Virus record (IMG/VR): IMGVR_UViG_3300045974_000166
Coordinates: 96,001 to 160,000 of that record
Reading direction: 5' to 3' (one strand)
Source: a virus
DNA: 64,000 nt
The notes under the pieces were generated by a model that saw only the letters and a program-made list of their open reading frames with translations, was not told where the DNA came from and did no database searches. The translations under genes and the position numbers were made by a program. This document shows positions 37,571-46,929 of this stretch, piece after piece (the stretch's first letter is position 1; each line of letters begins with the position of its first letter).

Positions 37571-38380
37571 ATGAAAATACAAATAGTCTCAGACTTACAC
37601 TTAGAATTTGGCACCACAGAAATCAAAAATGCCGGTGCCGATGTTTTGGTGCTGGCCGGAGACATTGTAGTTGCAGATGATATCTCAGAGACCACAGATC
37701 CAGATAGCCATAGATATCTAACTACTCTACGTTACCGACTGTTTTTTGAACAAGTAGCATCAGAGTTTAAGCATATAATCTATGTTGCAGGAAATCATGA
37801 ATTCTACAACGGCAAATGGGAAAAATCTTTAGAAATTCTTCGACACTTTTTGCAGAACTTTCCAAATGTACATTTCCTCGAACGTGAGCATATTGTCCTA
37901 GATGAAGTAGTTTTCATGGGTGGTACTCTCTGGACCGACATGAATAAAGGTGACCCACTGACCCTACATGCTACTCAAGACATGATGCACGATTTCACAT
38001 TGATTCGTAACGATGCTCTGGGATACCGGAAGCTCCGTGCATATGATACCGTACTTCGACATAGAGAAACTTTGGGGTACTTTAAAGTACTGGCCGACAT
38101 ATATCGAGATCAGAAGATTGTGATGGTAGAACATCACGCGCCTCACCAGAAATCTATTCATGAGAGATATGTGAACAATTATCTCATGAATGGCGCCTAT
38201 GCTTCGGATCTATCTGAATTCATCCTAGATCGGCCGCAGATTAAACTTGTGACTCACGGTCACATGCACAACAATTCTAATTACATGATCGGTGATACTC
38301 GAGTTGTATGTAATCCTAGAGGTTATGCACCCAATGATCTAAATGATCAATTTAACCCAAATTTTATAGTGGAGATTTAA
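37571..38380 (+). CDS. Calcineurin-like metallophosphoesterase
   Basis: SDLHLEF, VLVLAGDI, YVAGNHEFY, G.TLWTD, HHAP, W/THGH.H...Y.IG.TRVVCNPRGY. Confidence 0.92.
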   Translation: MKIQIVSDLHLEFGTTEIKNAGADVLVLAGDIVVADDISETTDPDSHRYLTTLRYRLFFEQVASEFKHIIYVAGNHEFYNGKWEKSLEILRHFLQNFPNVHFLEREHIVLDEVVFMGGTLWTDMNKGDPLTLHATQDMMHDFTLIRNDALGYRKLRAYDTVLRHRETLGYFKVLADIYRDQKIVMVEHHAPHQKSIHERYVNNYLMNGAYASDLSEFILDRPQIKLVTHGHMHNNSNYMIGDTRVVCNPRGYAPNDLNDQFNPNFIVEI

Positions 38381-38596
38381 ATGCTTGAATGCAAAGAATG
38401 TAAATTTTGTGATACTCAGTACGCAACTAAAGGTTACGGTTACTGTAACATCAAACTACCTGCTTGGATGGTCACCAACAGCAATTCGGCTTTTGGATCA
38501 GACAAATTGGTTTCGGTCAAAGAATCCGATGGTTGTGATCTAGCTCAACCATGCGATGAAGATGATTTTCAACCAACACAATCGAGTTTTCTATGA
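38381..38596 (+). CDS. Small Cys-rich hypothetical protein
   Basis: C..C.FC.....G.G.C. Confidence 0.55.
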   Translation: MLECKECKFCDTQYATKGYGYCNIKLPAWMVTNSNSAFGSDKLVSVKESDGCDLAQPCDEDDFQPTQSSFL

Positions 38597-38787
38597 GAGA
38601 ATTTATCCGATACACAACCGAAGAAGCAATCCGTAAAGCTTTTGTAGAAGATTCGTGGGCAGTTCGAAATGTGCTAAAAGCAGCAGATGGTGATGAACTA
38701 ACTTTCAACATTACTTATACTTTTGACAAAGTTCCGGCAAAGTATGCCAAGGAAATTCTCAAGGACTACCTGGCCGAGAAACTTTAA
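38593..38787 (+). CDS. Hypothetical protein
   Basis: Packed ORF. Confidence 0.55.
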   Translation: MREFIRYTTEEAIRKAFVEDSWAVRNVLKAADGDELTFNITYTFDKVPAKYAKEILKDYLAEKL

Positions 38788-38816
38788 TTTACACATAATC
38801 CACATTATAGTATAAT
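38788..38816 (+). promoter_or_regulatory. Phage early promoter
   Basis: TTTACA-17nt-TATAAT. Confidence 0.85.
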
Positions 38817-38848
38817 AAACCATCTAATCCGAAACTCAAAGGAACATC

Positions 38849-39103
38849 ATGAGATATCAATCGATTTCAAACATTCTTGAAGAACTGTATGAACGCCGGG
38901 TTGAACTTGCTGCTTCAAAATTTTCGGGTGTACACCGTGATGGGATCTTCTATCGTGTACACAAAGCAAACATCGTCCCGGCAATCTTTTATGACGATGA
39001 GAAAATTTCGAAGGATATTGCTTCTACCGTAGATATCGTCTACCATCAAGAGATGAAATTCAATACGGAAACTTCTTGGCTTACAATGTGGGATAGAAAA
39101 TGA
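38849..39103 (+). CDS. Hypothetical protein
   Basis: RBS AAGGAA after promoter. Confidence 0.6.
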   Translation: MRYQSISNILEELYERRVELAASKFSGVHRDGIFYRVHKANIVPAIFYDDEKISKDIASTVDIVYHQEMKFNTETSWLTMWDRK

Positions 39104-39354
39104 ACAGCACTCGAATTGCAGAACTTGCCAATCTGGCATCTGAATTGACAGACAAAATCACAAATGCCTGCGCCGATGAAACTGGCGCCTGGGTGCATAC
39201 CTGGAATGACATCTACGACCAAGAGTTTGCTAAGTTGATTATCCGCGAATGTCTTGGCCGTATTCAATTGCAATCTGTCCACGATGAAGTAACTGAATCC
39301 TGGGTGTATTCGAACCTTACGGATGACATCAAAGAAATATTTGGAGTTGAATAA
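39100..39354 (+). CDS. MN.RI.EL / FAELIV.EC paralog family protein
   Basis: RIAELA...EFAKLIIREC...IKEIFGVE. Confidence 0.7.
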   Translation: MNSTRIAELANLASELTDKITNACADETGAWVHTWNDIYDQEFAKLIIRECLGRIQLQSVHDEVTESWVYSNLTDDIKEIFGVE

Positions 39355-39569
39355 TGAAAATGCAGCTGACTGTTAGAACTTTCACGGGTGGTGTAAGTAT
39401 TGTTGCTCAATCCGATTGGGCAGAATGTACTCAGACTGAGTTTGATGACCTAGCTGAGTTTTCTGCAACGATGGCCAAACAAGGTCATTATATGACTGTT
39501 GCCAATACAATCATCCCGGGTGAGTTTCTTCGGAACCACTGTGTGATTGACGTCAGATCGGAAGACTGA
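39354..39569 (+). CDS. Hypothetical protein
   Basis: Overlapping stop/start. Confidence 0.55.
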   Translation: MKMQLTVRTFTGGVSIVAQSDWAECTQTEFDDLAEFSATMAKQGHYMTVANTIIPGEFLRNHCVIDVRSED

Positions 39570-39570
39570 A

Positions 39571-39792
39571 ATGAACGCGAACGCAGTTGACTATTACCTG
39601 ATCATCACTTACCCGCATTCGCGGAAACAGCATCTTATGACTGGTCCAGACCAAGCAATTGCTGCCACAGAAGAAAACAAGAACGTTCTTCTTGACATGG
39701 GTCAACGGTTGCTCAATGAAAACGTGATTGCGAGTTACCAACTGTTGAAAGTGGTTGCTGATGAAGTGAACAACATTTGGGAGAAATTGTAA
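39571..39792 (+). CDS. Hypothetical protein
   Basis: Packed ORF; track start 39547. Confidence 0.55.
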   Translation: MNANAVDYYLIITYPHSRKQHLMTGPDQAIAATEENKNVLLDMGQRLLNENVIASYQLLKVVADEVNNIWEKL

Positions 39793-39995
39793 TGTTTAAA
39801 ATGCTCGTTATTTATCCATCTGGTGATACAGATGATGTACTAACTGATTCTGTACCGCGTAGAGGTGACACATTTAGTATTGAAGGAAAAGGTTCACCTT
39901 TTCGGGTAGCATCTGTGACTTACCGAGCTGTTTCGGTATCCGCGCCGGCAACACATAAAGTAGCATTTGCGGCTATACAGTTGGAATTTGAATAA
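39792..39995 (+). CDS. Hypothetical protein
   Basis: VPR.GD motif; track start 39777. Confidence 0.55.
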   Translation: MFKMLVIYPSGDTDDVLTDSVPRRGDTFSIEGKGSPFRVASVTYRAVSVSAPATHKVAFAAIQLEFE

Positions 39996-39998
39996 AAT

Positions 39999-40026
39999 TT
40001 TACACAAAATCTTTTTGTGATATAAT
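39999..40026 (+). promoter_or_regulatory. Phage early promoter
   Basis: TTTACA-16nt-TATAAT with TG extension. Confidence 0.7.
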
Positions 40027-40058
40027 GAAATTATCTATAACAATCTAGGAGTTAGATT

Positions 40059-40637
40059 ATGAACTGGTTTACTTGGACGCCGCTCGAACTTTGGGCAAAT
40101 ATTTTCACAATTGCTTGTATCGTACTTGCAGGTCGCAACAGTATCCACACCTGGTGGACGGGGCTGGTTGGATGCGTATTATTCGGCATCATGTTCTATA
40201 ACGTACAACTATATGCTGATGCGACACTTCAGATATTCTTCTTTGCCACCGGGATTTACGGTTGGATGATGTGGAAAACTAAGGGCACCTCGGAAACAAA
40301 AGAACTAGAAATAAACAAAGCAGATAGAGTCTGGTTCATCATGGCGGTTATATCTGCACAGGTGGTTGCTTTGACATACGGATGGATACTACACTCGTTC
40401 ACTAATGCTTATGCGCCTTGGATAGACTCAACTGTACTTGCATTCTCGGTGGTTGCCCAGATTCTGCTAATGTCCCGTTCAATTGAGACCTGGAAAGTAT
40501 GGCTGATTGTGAACACACTGTCAGTCCCACTGTTCTGGAGTCGTGAACTGTACTTGACATCTGTGCTATATGGATTCTTCTGGGTCAATGCGCTGGTATC
40601 ATACTTCAACTGGAAGAAATTGATGGAGAAACAATAA
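40059..40637 (+). CDS. pnuC: Nicotinamide riboside transporter PnuC
   Basis: Multi-TM; R.SI.TW..GLV, LYAD..LQ.FF...GIYGW..W, P..DS......SVVAQ.L, E.W..W...N. Confidence 0.92.
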   Translation: MNWFTWTPLELWANIFTIACIVLAGRNSIHTWWTGLVGCVLFGIMFYNVQLYADATLQIFFFATGIYGWMMWKTKGTSETKELEINKADRVWFIMAVISAQVVALTYGWILHSFTNAYAPWIDSTVLAFSVVAQILLMSRSIETWKVWLIVNTLSVPLFWSRELYLTSVLYGFFWVNALVSYFNWKKLMEKQ

Positions 40638-40873
40638 TGTGGTTCAATAAAACAACTACACCGGCGCCAGCGCCTGGTTCAAGAGGTCCTATTCCAAGTT
40701 TACGACCAATGGCACCCCCACGACAACCTGGAATTTATGAAGTACTAGCAGATATGAAAGATGCTGCAAAGGTACTTCAAGTCGAACTGAATACAAAAAG
40801 ACAGTGTGAGGATAAAATCAAACTTGCAGAATTTCTTCTTGGTTTGGCAAAAGAAAAATTGGAGAAACTATAA
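40637..40873 (+). CDS. Hypothetical protein
   Basis: Packed ORF. Confidence 0.5.
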   Translation: MWFNKTTTPAPAPGSRGPIPSLRPMAPPRQPGIYEVLADMKDAAKVLQVELNTKRQCEDKIKLAEFLLGLAKEKLEKL

Positions 40874-41070
40874 TGCTTAAAAATCGCGTAGAACTAATCG
40901 AAAATGATATTCGTAAACTTACTACTAAATGCGGCAAATCATATTTGGAAGCATTTAGATCTGGGGTGCCAGATGTTGGGTCTGAATATTTTACAGATTT
41001 AGAACTCATTGTTAGTCTGAAGGCACAACTCGAGATTATTAAAGATTTGATTAACAAAGGACACGAATGA
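40873..41070 (+). CDS. Hypothetical protein
   Basis: Packed ORF. Confidence 0.5.
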   Translation: MLKNRVELIENDIRKLTTKCGKSYLEAFRSGVPDVGSEYFTDLELIVSLKAQLEIIKDLINKGHE

Positions 41071-41236
41071 GAAATTTCTTTTTTGGCAAACAGCATTCAA
41101 TGCTTGATATTGTACTTATATCTACTACATTTTATCAATGTGGCGCAGGCTCCATCACAGCGTGGCAGACACTAGGAATAGTAGTTCTTGGTTCGATAAT
41201 TTTGTCTTTTGTCGATACAATTTACTTTGGAATAAA

Positions 41237-41593
41237 ATGAACAAAGCAACTAAACTCGCGGAAAAATGGGTTAATGCAGTTAATAAGGCAGATGATGCCC
41301 GAGATGACTTTGAATGTTATCTTATTCCAATTATCAAGGCGCTGCACCCGAAAAGAAATGTTTACTCATTTGTGAGAGTATATGAAACCGCCACCGATAT
41401 GTACGTCGAAACTCATGACGATCGAGATTATGACAATTGGAACCATTTTACTATTCCGCTGGCCGTTTTAAATGCAAAAGATCCACTCAAAGAAGCACAA
41501 GGCCGAGCAGTTGCCGCACAAGAAGCAACTGATGCTTGCCGACAAGCTCAAATTAAAGCAGAAATTGCACGACTACAGGAGTTGGTGAAATGA
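41237..41593 (+). CDS. Hypothetical protein
   Basis: Start re-assigned to ATG 41237. Confidence 0.55.
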   Translation: MNKATKLAEKWVNAVNKADDARDDFECYLIPIIKALHPKRNVYSFVRVYETATDMYVETHDDRDYDNWNHFTIPLAVLNAKDPLKEAQGRAVAAQEATDACRQAQIKAEIARLQELVK

Positions 41594-41747
41594 GAACAAG
41601 TAGCATTGCGGGATATTTTGGATCTTATCGTGCTGCATACGAGGCAGTGGGTAAGAGATTCAAAATTAGTGGAAAGTATTCAATACAGCAAGTATGCTCG
41701 GATTACAGGATGCATCCTTGGGTGTTGATTTATTATGGGAATTTTGT

Positions 41748-41969
41748 ATGAACAAACGAATTAAAAAACTTGTCAAACAAGCAACACGACCTCGTGGTCC
41801 AAATAAGCCAGCAGAACTTGACACAGATTATTTGGCCGAACTGATTGTGCAGGAATGTGCGGCAATTGCCAAAGACTGCTATATTTACCACGAACCACTT
41901 TCAAAAGTGCCAGCACACATTATGAAATTTGAACGACTGAACGATGATAACATGGGACACAAACTATGA
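41748..41969 (+). CDS. MN.RI.EL / FAELIV.EC paralog family protein
   Basis: MNKRIKKLVKQA...LAELIVQECAAIA. Confidence 0.7.
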   Translation: MNKRIKKLVKQATRPRGPNKPAELDTDYLAELIVQECAAIAKDCYIYHEPLSKVPAHIMKFERLNDDNMGHKL

Positions 41970-42163
41970 ACCGAGATATAGTAAAAGGAATGTATATTGC
42001 CTCAGAAGGCATTTGCAGCAACATGGGAAGATCCGAAGCATGGTTATGGGAAGAAACTTTTGCTTCTTTGTTTGTTAAAGAATGTATGGCAGTTGCGGAC
42101 AAGGCAGTTAAGAACGGACTTGTCCCAAGTGAAGAAATAGCAAAACATTTTGGAGTTGAATAA
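41966..42163 (+). CDS. FAELIV.EC paralog family protein
   Basis: FASLFVKECMAVA...IAKHFGVE. Confidence 0.7.
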   Translation: MNRDIVKGMYIASEGICSNMGRSEAWLWEETFASLFVKECMAVADKAVKNGLVPSEEIAKHFGVE

Positions 42164-42420
42164 TGAATGAAGTAGCTTGGTTAATAGAATGCAACTTGCC
42201 TGGTGTGGGCAGGGCTGAGTGGTTTACTGCTGGGCCAATTAGGTCTGGTAAAGTAGAGTTTAGCCCTGGTGCAGATAAAGCAGTACGGTTTAGCCGAAGA
42301 ACAGATGCTCAAGTAGTGTTAGACTGGTTGGCCGTAAATGAACAACTATTAATTTCACACTGTAACTATTTCGAAGTATATTCGGTAACCGAACACATGT
42401 GGATATGTGGGATAGAATAA
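42163..42420 (+). CDS. Hypothetical protein
   Basis: AWLIE...A.RFSR..DA...VTEH.W, a common phage pattern. Confidence 0.6.
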   Translation: MNEVAWLIECNLPGVGRAEWFTAGPIRSGKVEFSPGADKAVRFSRRTDAQVVLDWLAVNEQLLISHCNYFEVYSVTEHMWICGIE

Positions 42421-42430
42421 GGATTTAATA

Positions 42431-42610
42431 ATGAAAATCGATTATCAAATAGCCGCCGAGTTAAATCAAGAACAGATTTTCGCAATTATGCGAGAGTCGA
42501 TTGAAAAGAAAACAGGTAAGCAATTAGCAAATATTTACTGGAATGAATCTGATGCTGGTGTTTCTTGTAAATTGATATTCCGAGATGAACCTGCGGAGTT
42601 AAAAGAATGA
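42431..42610 (+). CDS. Hypothetical protein (not in ORF track)
   Basis: RBS AAGGA; ATGA overlap with next gene. Confidence 0.5.
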   Translation: MKIDYQIAAELNQEQIFAIMRESIEKKTGKQLANIYWNESDAGVSCKLIFRDEPAELKE

Positions 42611-42906
42611 AAACCGAGAATTTTAAATGTGTTCAAGAAGCAAAAGTAATTGTGAAAAAGCAAATGGAGTTTTACAATAGCATGATGGCAGAGAAAAACA
42701 CCATGAAATCCCACAGAACTAAAGAAGAATGCTTTGAAGAATTTATGCGGAATACTTCCTCACGTAGCATTACTCCAGCAGAAGCATTTTACGCAGGCTG
42801 GTACAACTGTGCCACCGAGATCAATAATGGATACGATTCAGATGATCTTCAGGAACAACTTGAGACTGGTGATTTCTTGCTTCGTGAAAACACCGAGGAT
42901 GATTAA
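42607..42906 (+). CDS. Hypothetical protein
   Basis: Packed ORF. Confidence 0.55.
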   Translation: MKTENFKCVQEAKVIVKKQMEFYNSMMAEKNTMKSHRTKEECFEEFMRNTSSRSITPAEAFYAGWYNCATEINNGYDSDDLQEQLETGDFLLRENTEDD

Positions 42907-43056
42907 ATGAGAATTCACCATTACTATACTCAAGAAGAATGTCATCGAGCATTGTACCTACAAAGCGGTATGCAAGTTTGGAAAGTATGGGTCAAAGGTA
43001 ACTTACCAAACATGAATACTAATCAAGTAGCAAAACCAGTCGATAAGCAAAAATAG

Positions 43057-43085
43057 TTTACATGTAATCTACATTGTGTTAAAAT
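43057..43085 (+). promoter_or_regulatory. Early promoter variant
   Basis: TTTACA-17nt-TAAAAT. Confidence 0.65.
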
Positions 43086-43104
43086 GAATCTTTAAGGAAA
43101 TTTT

Positions 43105-43317
43105 ATGGACAACAAACTTAGTTATGTATTGGGAGCAGCAGTTCTATTCTTTTTCGTTTTCCTGATAGGCAGCATGGTCATTTCAGGTATAAAGCGTGAT
43201 GAAGCAATTGCTACACTAGCAGCAAAGGGAGTAAATCCTATTTTGGCTCGGTGTTCTCTTGACAATCAATACACCAAAGATAATTCAACCCTATGCGCCG
43301 AAGCACTTAAGAAATGA
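43105..43317 (+). CDS. Small membrane protein
   Basis: N-terminal TM helix; RBS AAGGA. Confidence 0.65.
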   Translation: MDNKLSYVLGAAVLFFFVFLIGSMVISGIKRDEAIATLAAKGVNPILARCSLDNQYTKDNSTLCAEALKK

Positions 43318-43655
43318 GCAATTATTACCCCGACAAATGGGTCTTGGTAGAATTTGATTCTGCCAAACATGGTAAGATTACTAAGGTGCTAGCATCTTGG
43401 TACGGTGGATACTTAAATGGAGATTCTTGGAAGTTATCTTCTGGTGTTAACAAGATCACTGATACCTCAGAAGGATATGAGTTCTTAAATGATTCTGGGT
43501 CAACATATTTCTGTCACAAAGATGCTTATGGTATGTCTGGATATACAAGTTCTGTATATTCTAACTTTGTCGAACAAATCAAAGAAGCAAATGACGGATC
43601 AACTATCCGAATTTTGGACGAAGACAAAGTTGAGGAAGCGGTGCTGATTGTATGA
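43314..43655 (+). CDS. Conserved phage hypothetical protein
   Basis: Y.PD.WV.V........KVLA.W.GGYL.GDSWKLSSG.......F...SGS.Y.C.K..YG. Confidence 0.7.
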   Translation: MSNYYPDKWVLVEFDSAKHGKITKVLASWYGGYLNGDSWKLSSGVNKITDTSEGYEFLNDSGSTYFCHKDAYGMSGYTSSVYSNFVEQIKEANDGSTIRILDEDKVEEAVLIV

Positions 43656-43827
43656 CTGAAGAAGATTATGATGTCGTTGTTGATGTCCTTCAAAAGCATT
43701 ACGATAAATTGCTCAAGATGACGCAGCAAAACATGAATGCTGACATGGACAATATCATGGATCAAATCCGACTTGAGCAATGTGCCCAACTTGGTAAGGC
43801 AATTATAATGTGGAAAACAAGGAGTAA

Positions 43828-44016
43828 ATGATGTTAAAAGTACAAAGCGCAAATTCTCGCGAACAATTAGATCGTATGATCTCGAAGTCAATGAGCGAGA
43901 AAAACTGGGCAGTCATGGAAGAAAATGCTGCATCGGTAAAATTCCCGTCAAAGTTTGTGGTGCTGTATGATCAGCAACTTCACCTTGCGACAATTGAACA
44001 TTTGGAATTTGCATGA
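43828..44016 (+). CDS. Hypothetical protein
   Basis: Packed ORF. Confidence 0.5.
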   Translation: MMLKVQSANSREQLDRMISKSMSEKNWAVMEENAASVKFPSKFVVLYDQQLHLATIEHLEFA

Positions 44017-44228
44017 ACGATCCAATCCGCGAAGCATTTGAGAGAATCACTGCACCAAATTTCCGAGATGTTGATGGTAAGTTCTCTTGTCAAAGAAACT
44101 CGCATGGTGAATATGTAAACCCAGGATTAGAAGATCACTGGCAGACATTCCAAGAAGGGTGGGAAGCGGCAATTGATTCTGCTATTCTAGTTTTGAATGC
44201 TCTCGATAAGGTGAATGGTAATGGATGA
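44013..44228 (+). CDS. Hypothetical protein
   Basis: REAFE...RN..GEY.......W..FQ.GW.AA. Confidence 0.6.
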   Translation: MNDPIREAFERITAPNFRDVDGKFSCQRNSHGEYVNPGLEDHWQTFQEGWEAAIDSAILVLNALDKVNGNG

Positions 44229-44415
44229 ACAAGATTTAGTTTACCGACTACGTAAACGAGCAGAGATTCGACGCCAGATTCCATCACGGAAGTCTGTGCA
44301 AGAAGGTGCGGCGGATCGCATTGCTGATCTACTTGATGAAGCGGCAAACGAAATTACTTCTCTTCGAGATGAGATTCAAGGAATGTGGGAACATGAAGCA
44401 GGAGCATCATTATGA
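44221..44415 (+). CDS. Hypothetical protein
   Basis: LVYRLRKRAEIRRQI..RKSVQEG..DRIADLL.EAA.EI. Confidence 0.65.
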   Translation: MDEQDLVYRLRKRAEIRRQIPSRKSVQEGAADRIADLLDEAANEITSLRDEIQGMWEHEAGASL

Positions 44416-44663
44416 TTGAAAAATACAAAACTCTATCGTGTATTGCAGCAGACGTCTGTGTAGAACAATGCATCGGCCAAGATGAAAACATTCCATGGAT
44501 TTGGGAAGAAAAATATGCCGCTCTTGTTGTAGAAGCATGTATCGAAGAGGGCCGGAGAGCTGGTGGTCATGTGTGGCAAGAGTTAGTCACAACAGGTGAC
44601 ATCGAACATCGGATGCGCCGTGCCCTTGGTCTAGTTGGACCAAAAACATTAAGAAATCTATGA
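44412..44663 (+). CDS. FAELIV.EC family-related protein
   Basis: EKYAALVVEACI. Confidence 0.55.
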   Translation: MIEKYKTLSCIAADVCVEQCIGQDENIPWIWEEKYAALVVEACIEEGRRAGGHVWQELVTTGDIEHRMRRALGLVGPKTLRNL

Positions 44664-45076
44664 AAATCGGAGTCACAGGCACCCGCAAAGCTCCTACTCA
44701 GGAGCAGTTAGATGCTGTACGAAAATTTTTAAATGCTGCACAGACTTATTGTAGAGAAAATGACGATTTCCTAGAACTGCATCACGGTGACTGTGTTGGC
44801 GCTGATGCAGCAGTAGCAGCAATCGCAAAAGAATTTGGAATCAAAACAGTAAGTCATCCACCTTCTAAAAGTGATCTTAGAGCATTCTTTGAATCAGATG
44901 AAACTAGATATCCAACGTCGTATTTTGCACGGAATAGAAACGTCGTAGATGGCACGGACTTTCTTTTGGTAGTACCATATCAAACTACACCTCAAACGTC
45001 TGGTGGCACTTGGTATACGCACGACTACGCGCTTAAGCAGGGCAAAGCAGTAAAGGTGATTTATCCAAATGTTTAA
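44660..45076 (+). CDS. SLOG/DprA-like nucleotide-binding protein
   Basis: KIGVTGTR, ELHHGDCVGAD, RNRNVVD..D.L, SGGTWYT..YA. Confidence 0.75.
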   Translation: MKIGVTGTRKAPTQEQLDAVRKFLNAAQTYCRENDDFLELHHGDCVGADAAVAAIAKEFGIKTVSHPPSKSDLRAFFESDETRYPTSYFARNRNVVDGTDFLLVVPYQTTPQTSGGTWYTHDYALKQGKAVKVIYPNV

Positions 45077-45899
45077 ATTAAAAGAATTTAGCAAAACCAA
45101 AGAATGGGGTCTTGCTCTGTCACTTAAGACTGCATATGAATTTTACAAAGACGAACCAAATGTTCTTCACGTAGCATTATTTGGTTATTCATTCTGGTTC
45201 GAAGTACCACAGATTCTGAAACCAAAGTCTGTCTGGGTAGATACTTCAAGATATGAATGGGCCAAGGGTAATCCTAAAGCAGGATATACTAATCATATTT
45301 GCCGTGAGTATGGATTTTCTATATATGAAGATCATTTGCACATTAGATATGGAATTCAGCCAGGTTCTTGGTCGAGAAATGATCCTGAAAATTCCGACCA
45401 TTCTAAATGCTTCGAAATCCCATGGAAAGCTCGGCGACGGATGCACATCGATTACTTGAATCCAGATGAAACTTTATTCAAGAGATATTTTGACAAAAAG
45501 AATGGCGGCATTAACTTTGATGCCCTAGAAGAAATTAGAAATGCAGTACCAAAGTTAGTGATCAAGTTCAACGACTTTGACGGAGAAGAAATCACTGCTA
45601 CTTGCCACATCGAAGAATCAATGTATCGTCACGGCACATCTTGGATGAAATGGCTTGGATACATTAGAAAACCAGTATACTATAAACACGTTGACTTCTC
45701 TTTTGATAAAGAAGTGGGTCGGCAAAAAGGTGACTGGAAAGGCGGCACAACGGCACATTCGGCTGTCGTCGAAGAAGGTGATACTCTGTTTGAAGCATTT
45801 GTCAGATATGGAACATCTCTCGAACGCTGCAAAGGGTACGGCCAGGTTAACCGTGAATTTAGTAATATGAGGATAGTAAATGATCAAGCAATATCGTAA
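45069..45899 (+). CDS. Hypothetical protein
   Basis: 276 aa; F.F..EVG..KG.WKGGT motif. Confidence 0.65.
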   Translation: MFKLKEFSKTKEWGLALSLKTAYEFYKDEPNVLHVALFGYSFWFEVPQILKPKSVWVDTSRYEWAKGNPKAGYTNHICREYGFSIYEDHLHIRYGIQPGSWSRNDPENSDHSKCFEIPWKARRRMHIDYLNPDETLFKRYFDKKNGGINFDALEEIRNAVPKLVIKFNDFDGEEITATCHIEESMYRHGTSWMKWLGYIRKPVYYKHVDFSFDKEVGRQKGDWKGGTTAHSAVVEEGDTLFEAFVRYGTSLERCKGYGQVNREFSNMRIVNDQAIS

Positions 45900-46170
45900 G
45901 AAACCAGTAGTAATTGAAGCAGTTCAGTTCGTCTATTCTAAAGAAGGAATTGAAGAACTGAAGGCATTCTGCGGTCCATATCTGCTGAAGACAAACAAGA
46001 ATCGACACATTGGTGCCATCGGCGAAGCTCACATCGGCACTTTGGAAGATGGGAATGTTCTTCAAGTAGACCACATCGCCGATGAAGGTGACTACATTAT
46101 CAAAGGTGTTGCTGGCGAATTTTACCCATGTAAACCCAGCATCTTCCATTCTACATACGAGGCTGTATGA
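45880..46170 (+). CDS. Conserved phage protein (RKKPV.IEAVQF / GDYII.GV.GEFYPCKP.IF family)
   Basis: Characteristic N- and C-terminal motifs. Confidence 0.8.
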   Translation: MIKQYRKKPVVIEAVQFVYSKEGIEELKAFCGPYLLKTNKNRHIGAIGEAHIGTLEDGNVLQVDHIADEGDYIIKGVAGEFYPCKPSIFHSTYEAV

Positions 46171-46364
46171 CTAAAGTAGAAAAGCTCGAAAATAAAATTT
46201 TTAAACTGTATTCACAGATCGATGAAATCCAAAGGGCATGTCCGCATACTAATGCAAGCAAAGAGGGATTTTCTGACACAGGTAACTGGTGCAAAGCCGA
46301 TGATTGTTACTGGTGGGAATTCAGATGTCCAGACTGTGGAAAGATATGGACGGAGGATCAATAA
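46167..46364 (+). CDS. Small zinc-ribbon protein
   Basis: C.H...W...CPDCGK.W. Confidence 0.6.
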   Translation: MTKVEKLENKIFKLYSQIDEIQRACPHTNASKEGFSDTGNWCKADDCYWWEFRCPDCGKIWTEDQ

Positions 46365-46645
46365 TGGCTAACGGATATGCAGACATTACTGATGTAGCAA
46401 TTAAGTACGATGGTGTGATCTGGTCTCTACCGCGGCCAAATCGGCATCATCACGTGATTCGTCTTATTGCTTCTAAGAACGGAGTAGGCATCAAAGGGTC
46501 AGATGTTCAAGGTTTCCTAGATGAAAACGGTGAGTTTCTGAACCGCCAAGGTGCCTTCATTCGCGCACAAAGAACTGGGCAAATCATACGCCCAGCAGAA
46601 GGCGGTTATCAAGGTGGGAATTTATTCTCGGAAGATCTCTGGTAA
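46364..46645 (+). CDS. Conserved phage hypothetical protein
   Basis: AI...G.IWSLP.P.RHHHV...QGFL...G.FL.R..A...L.SEDLW. Confidence 0.7.
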   Translation: MANGYADITDVAIKYDGVIWSLPRPNRHHHVIRLIASKNGVGIKGSDVQGFLDENGEFLNRQGAFIRAQRTGQIIRPAEGGYQGGNLFSEDLW

Positions 46646-46674
46646 TTTACACATAAACTTTTTGATGTTATAAT
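46646..46674 (+). promoter_or_regulatory. Phage early promoter
   Basis: TTTACA-17nt-TATAAT. Confidence 0.85.
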
Positions 46675-46680
46675 GAACCT

Positions 46681-46929
46681 ATGAAATTTTGTATAGACTG
46701 TAAATACCACAGATATGGTGACGATTACCCATCAGAATGTCACCATCCGATGTCTAACTATAAGACAAATCTAGTATCTGGATATGAGTATTTCCGTGAT
46801 TGTACTTATATGAGAGTTGATTTTGCCACTGCAACCGGAATATCTATGCAGGCTGCTGTATGTGGTCCAGATGCAAAATTATTTGAACAAAAGAAACCTT
46901 GGTGGAAATTATGGCTAAGAAATTCGTAA
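46681..46929 (+). CDS. Cys-rich hypothetical protein
   Basis: KFC.DCK...C.HP...LV.G....C...R...CG..AK.FE. Confidence 0.65.
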   Translation: MKFCIDCKYHRYGDDYPSECHHPMSNYKTNLVSGYEYFRDCTYMRVDFATATGISMQAAVCGPDAKLFEQKKPWWKLWLRNS

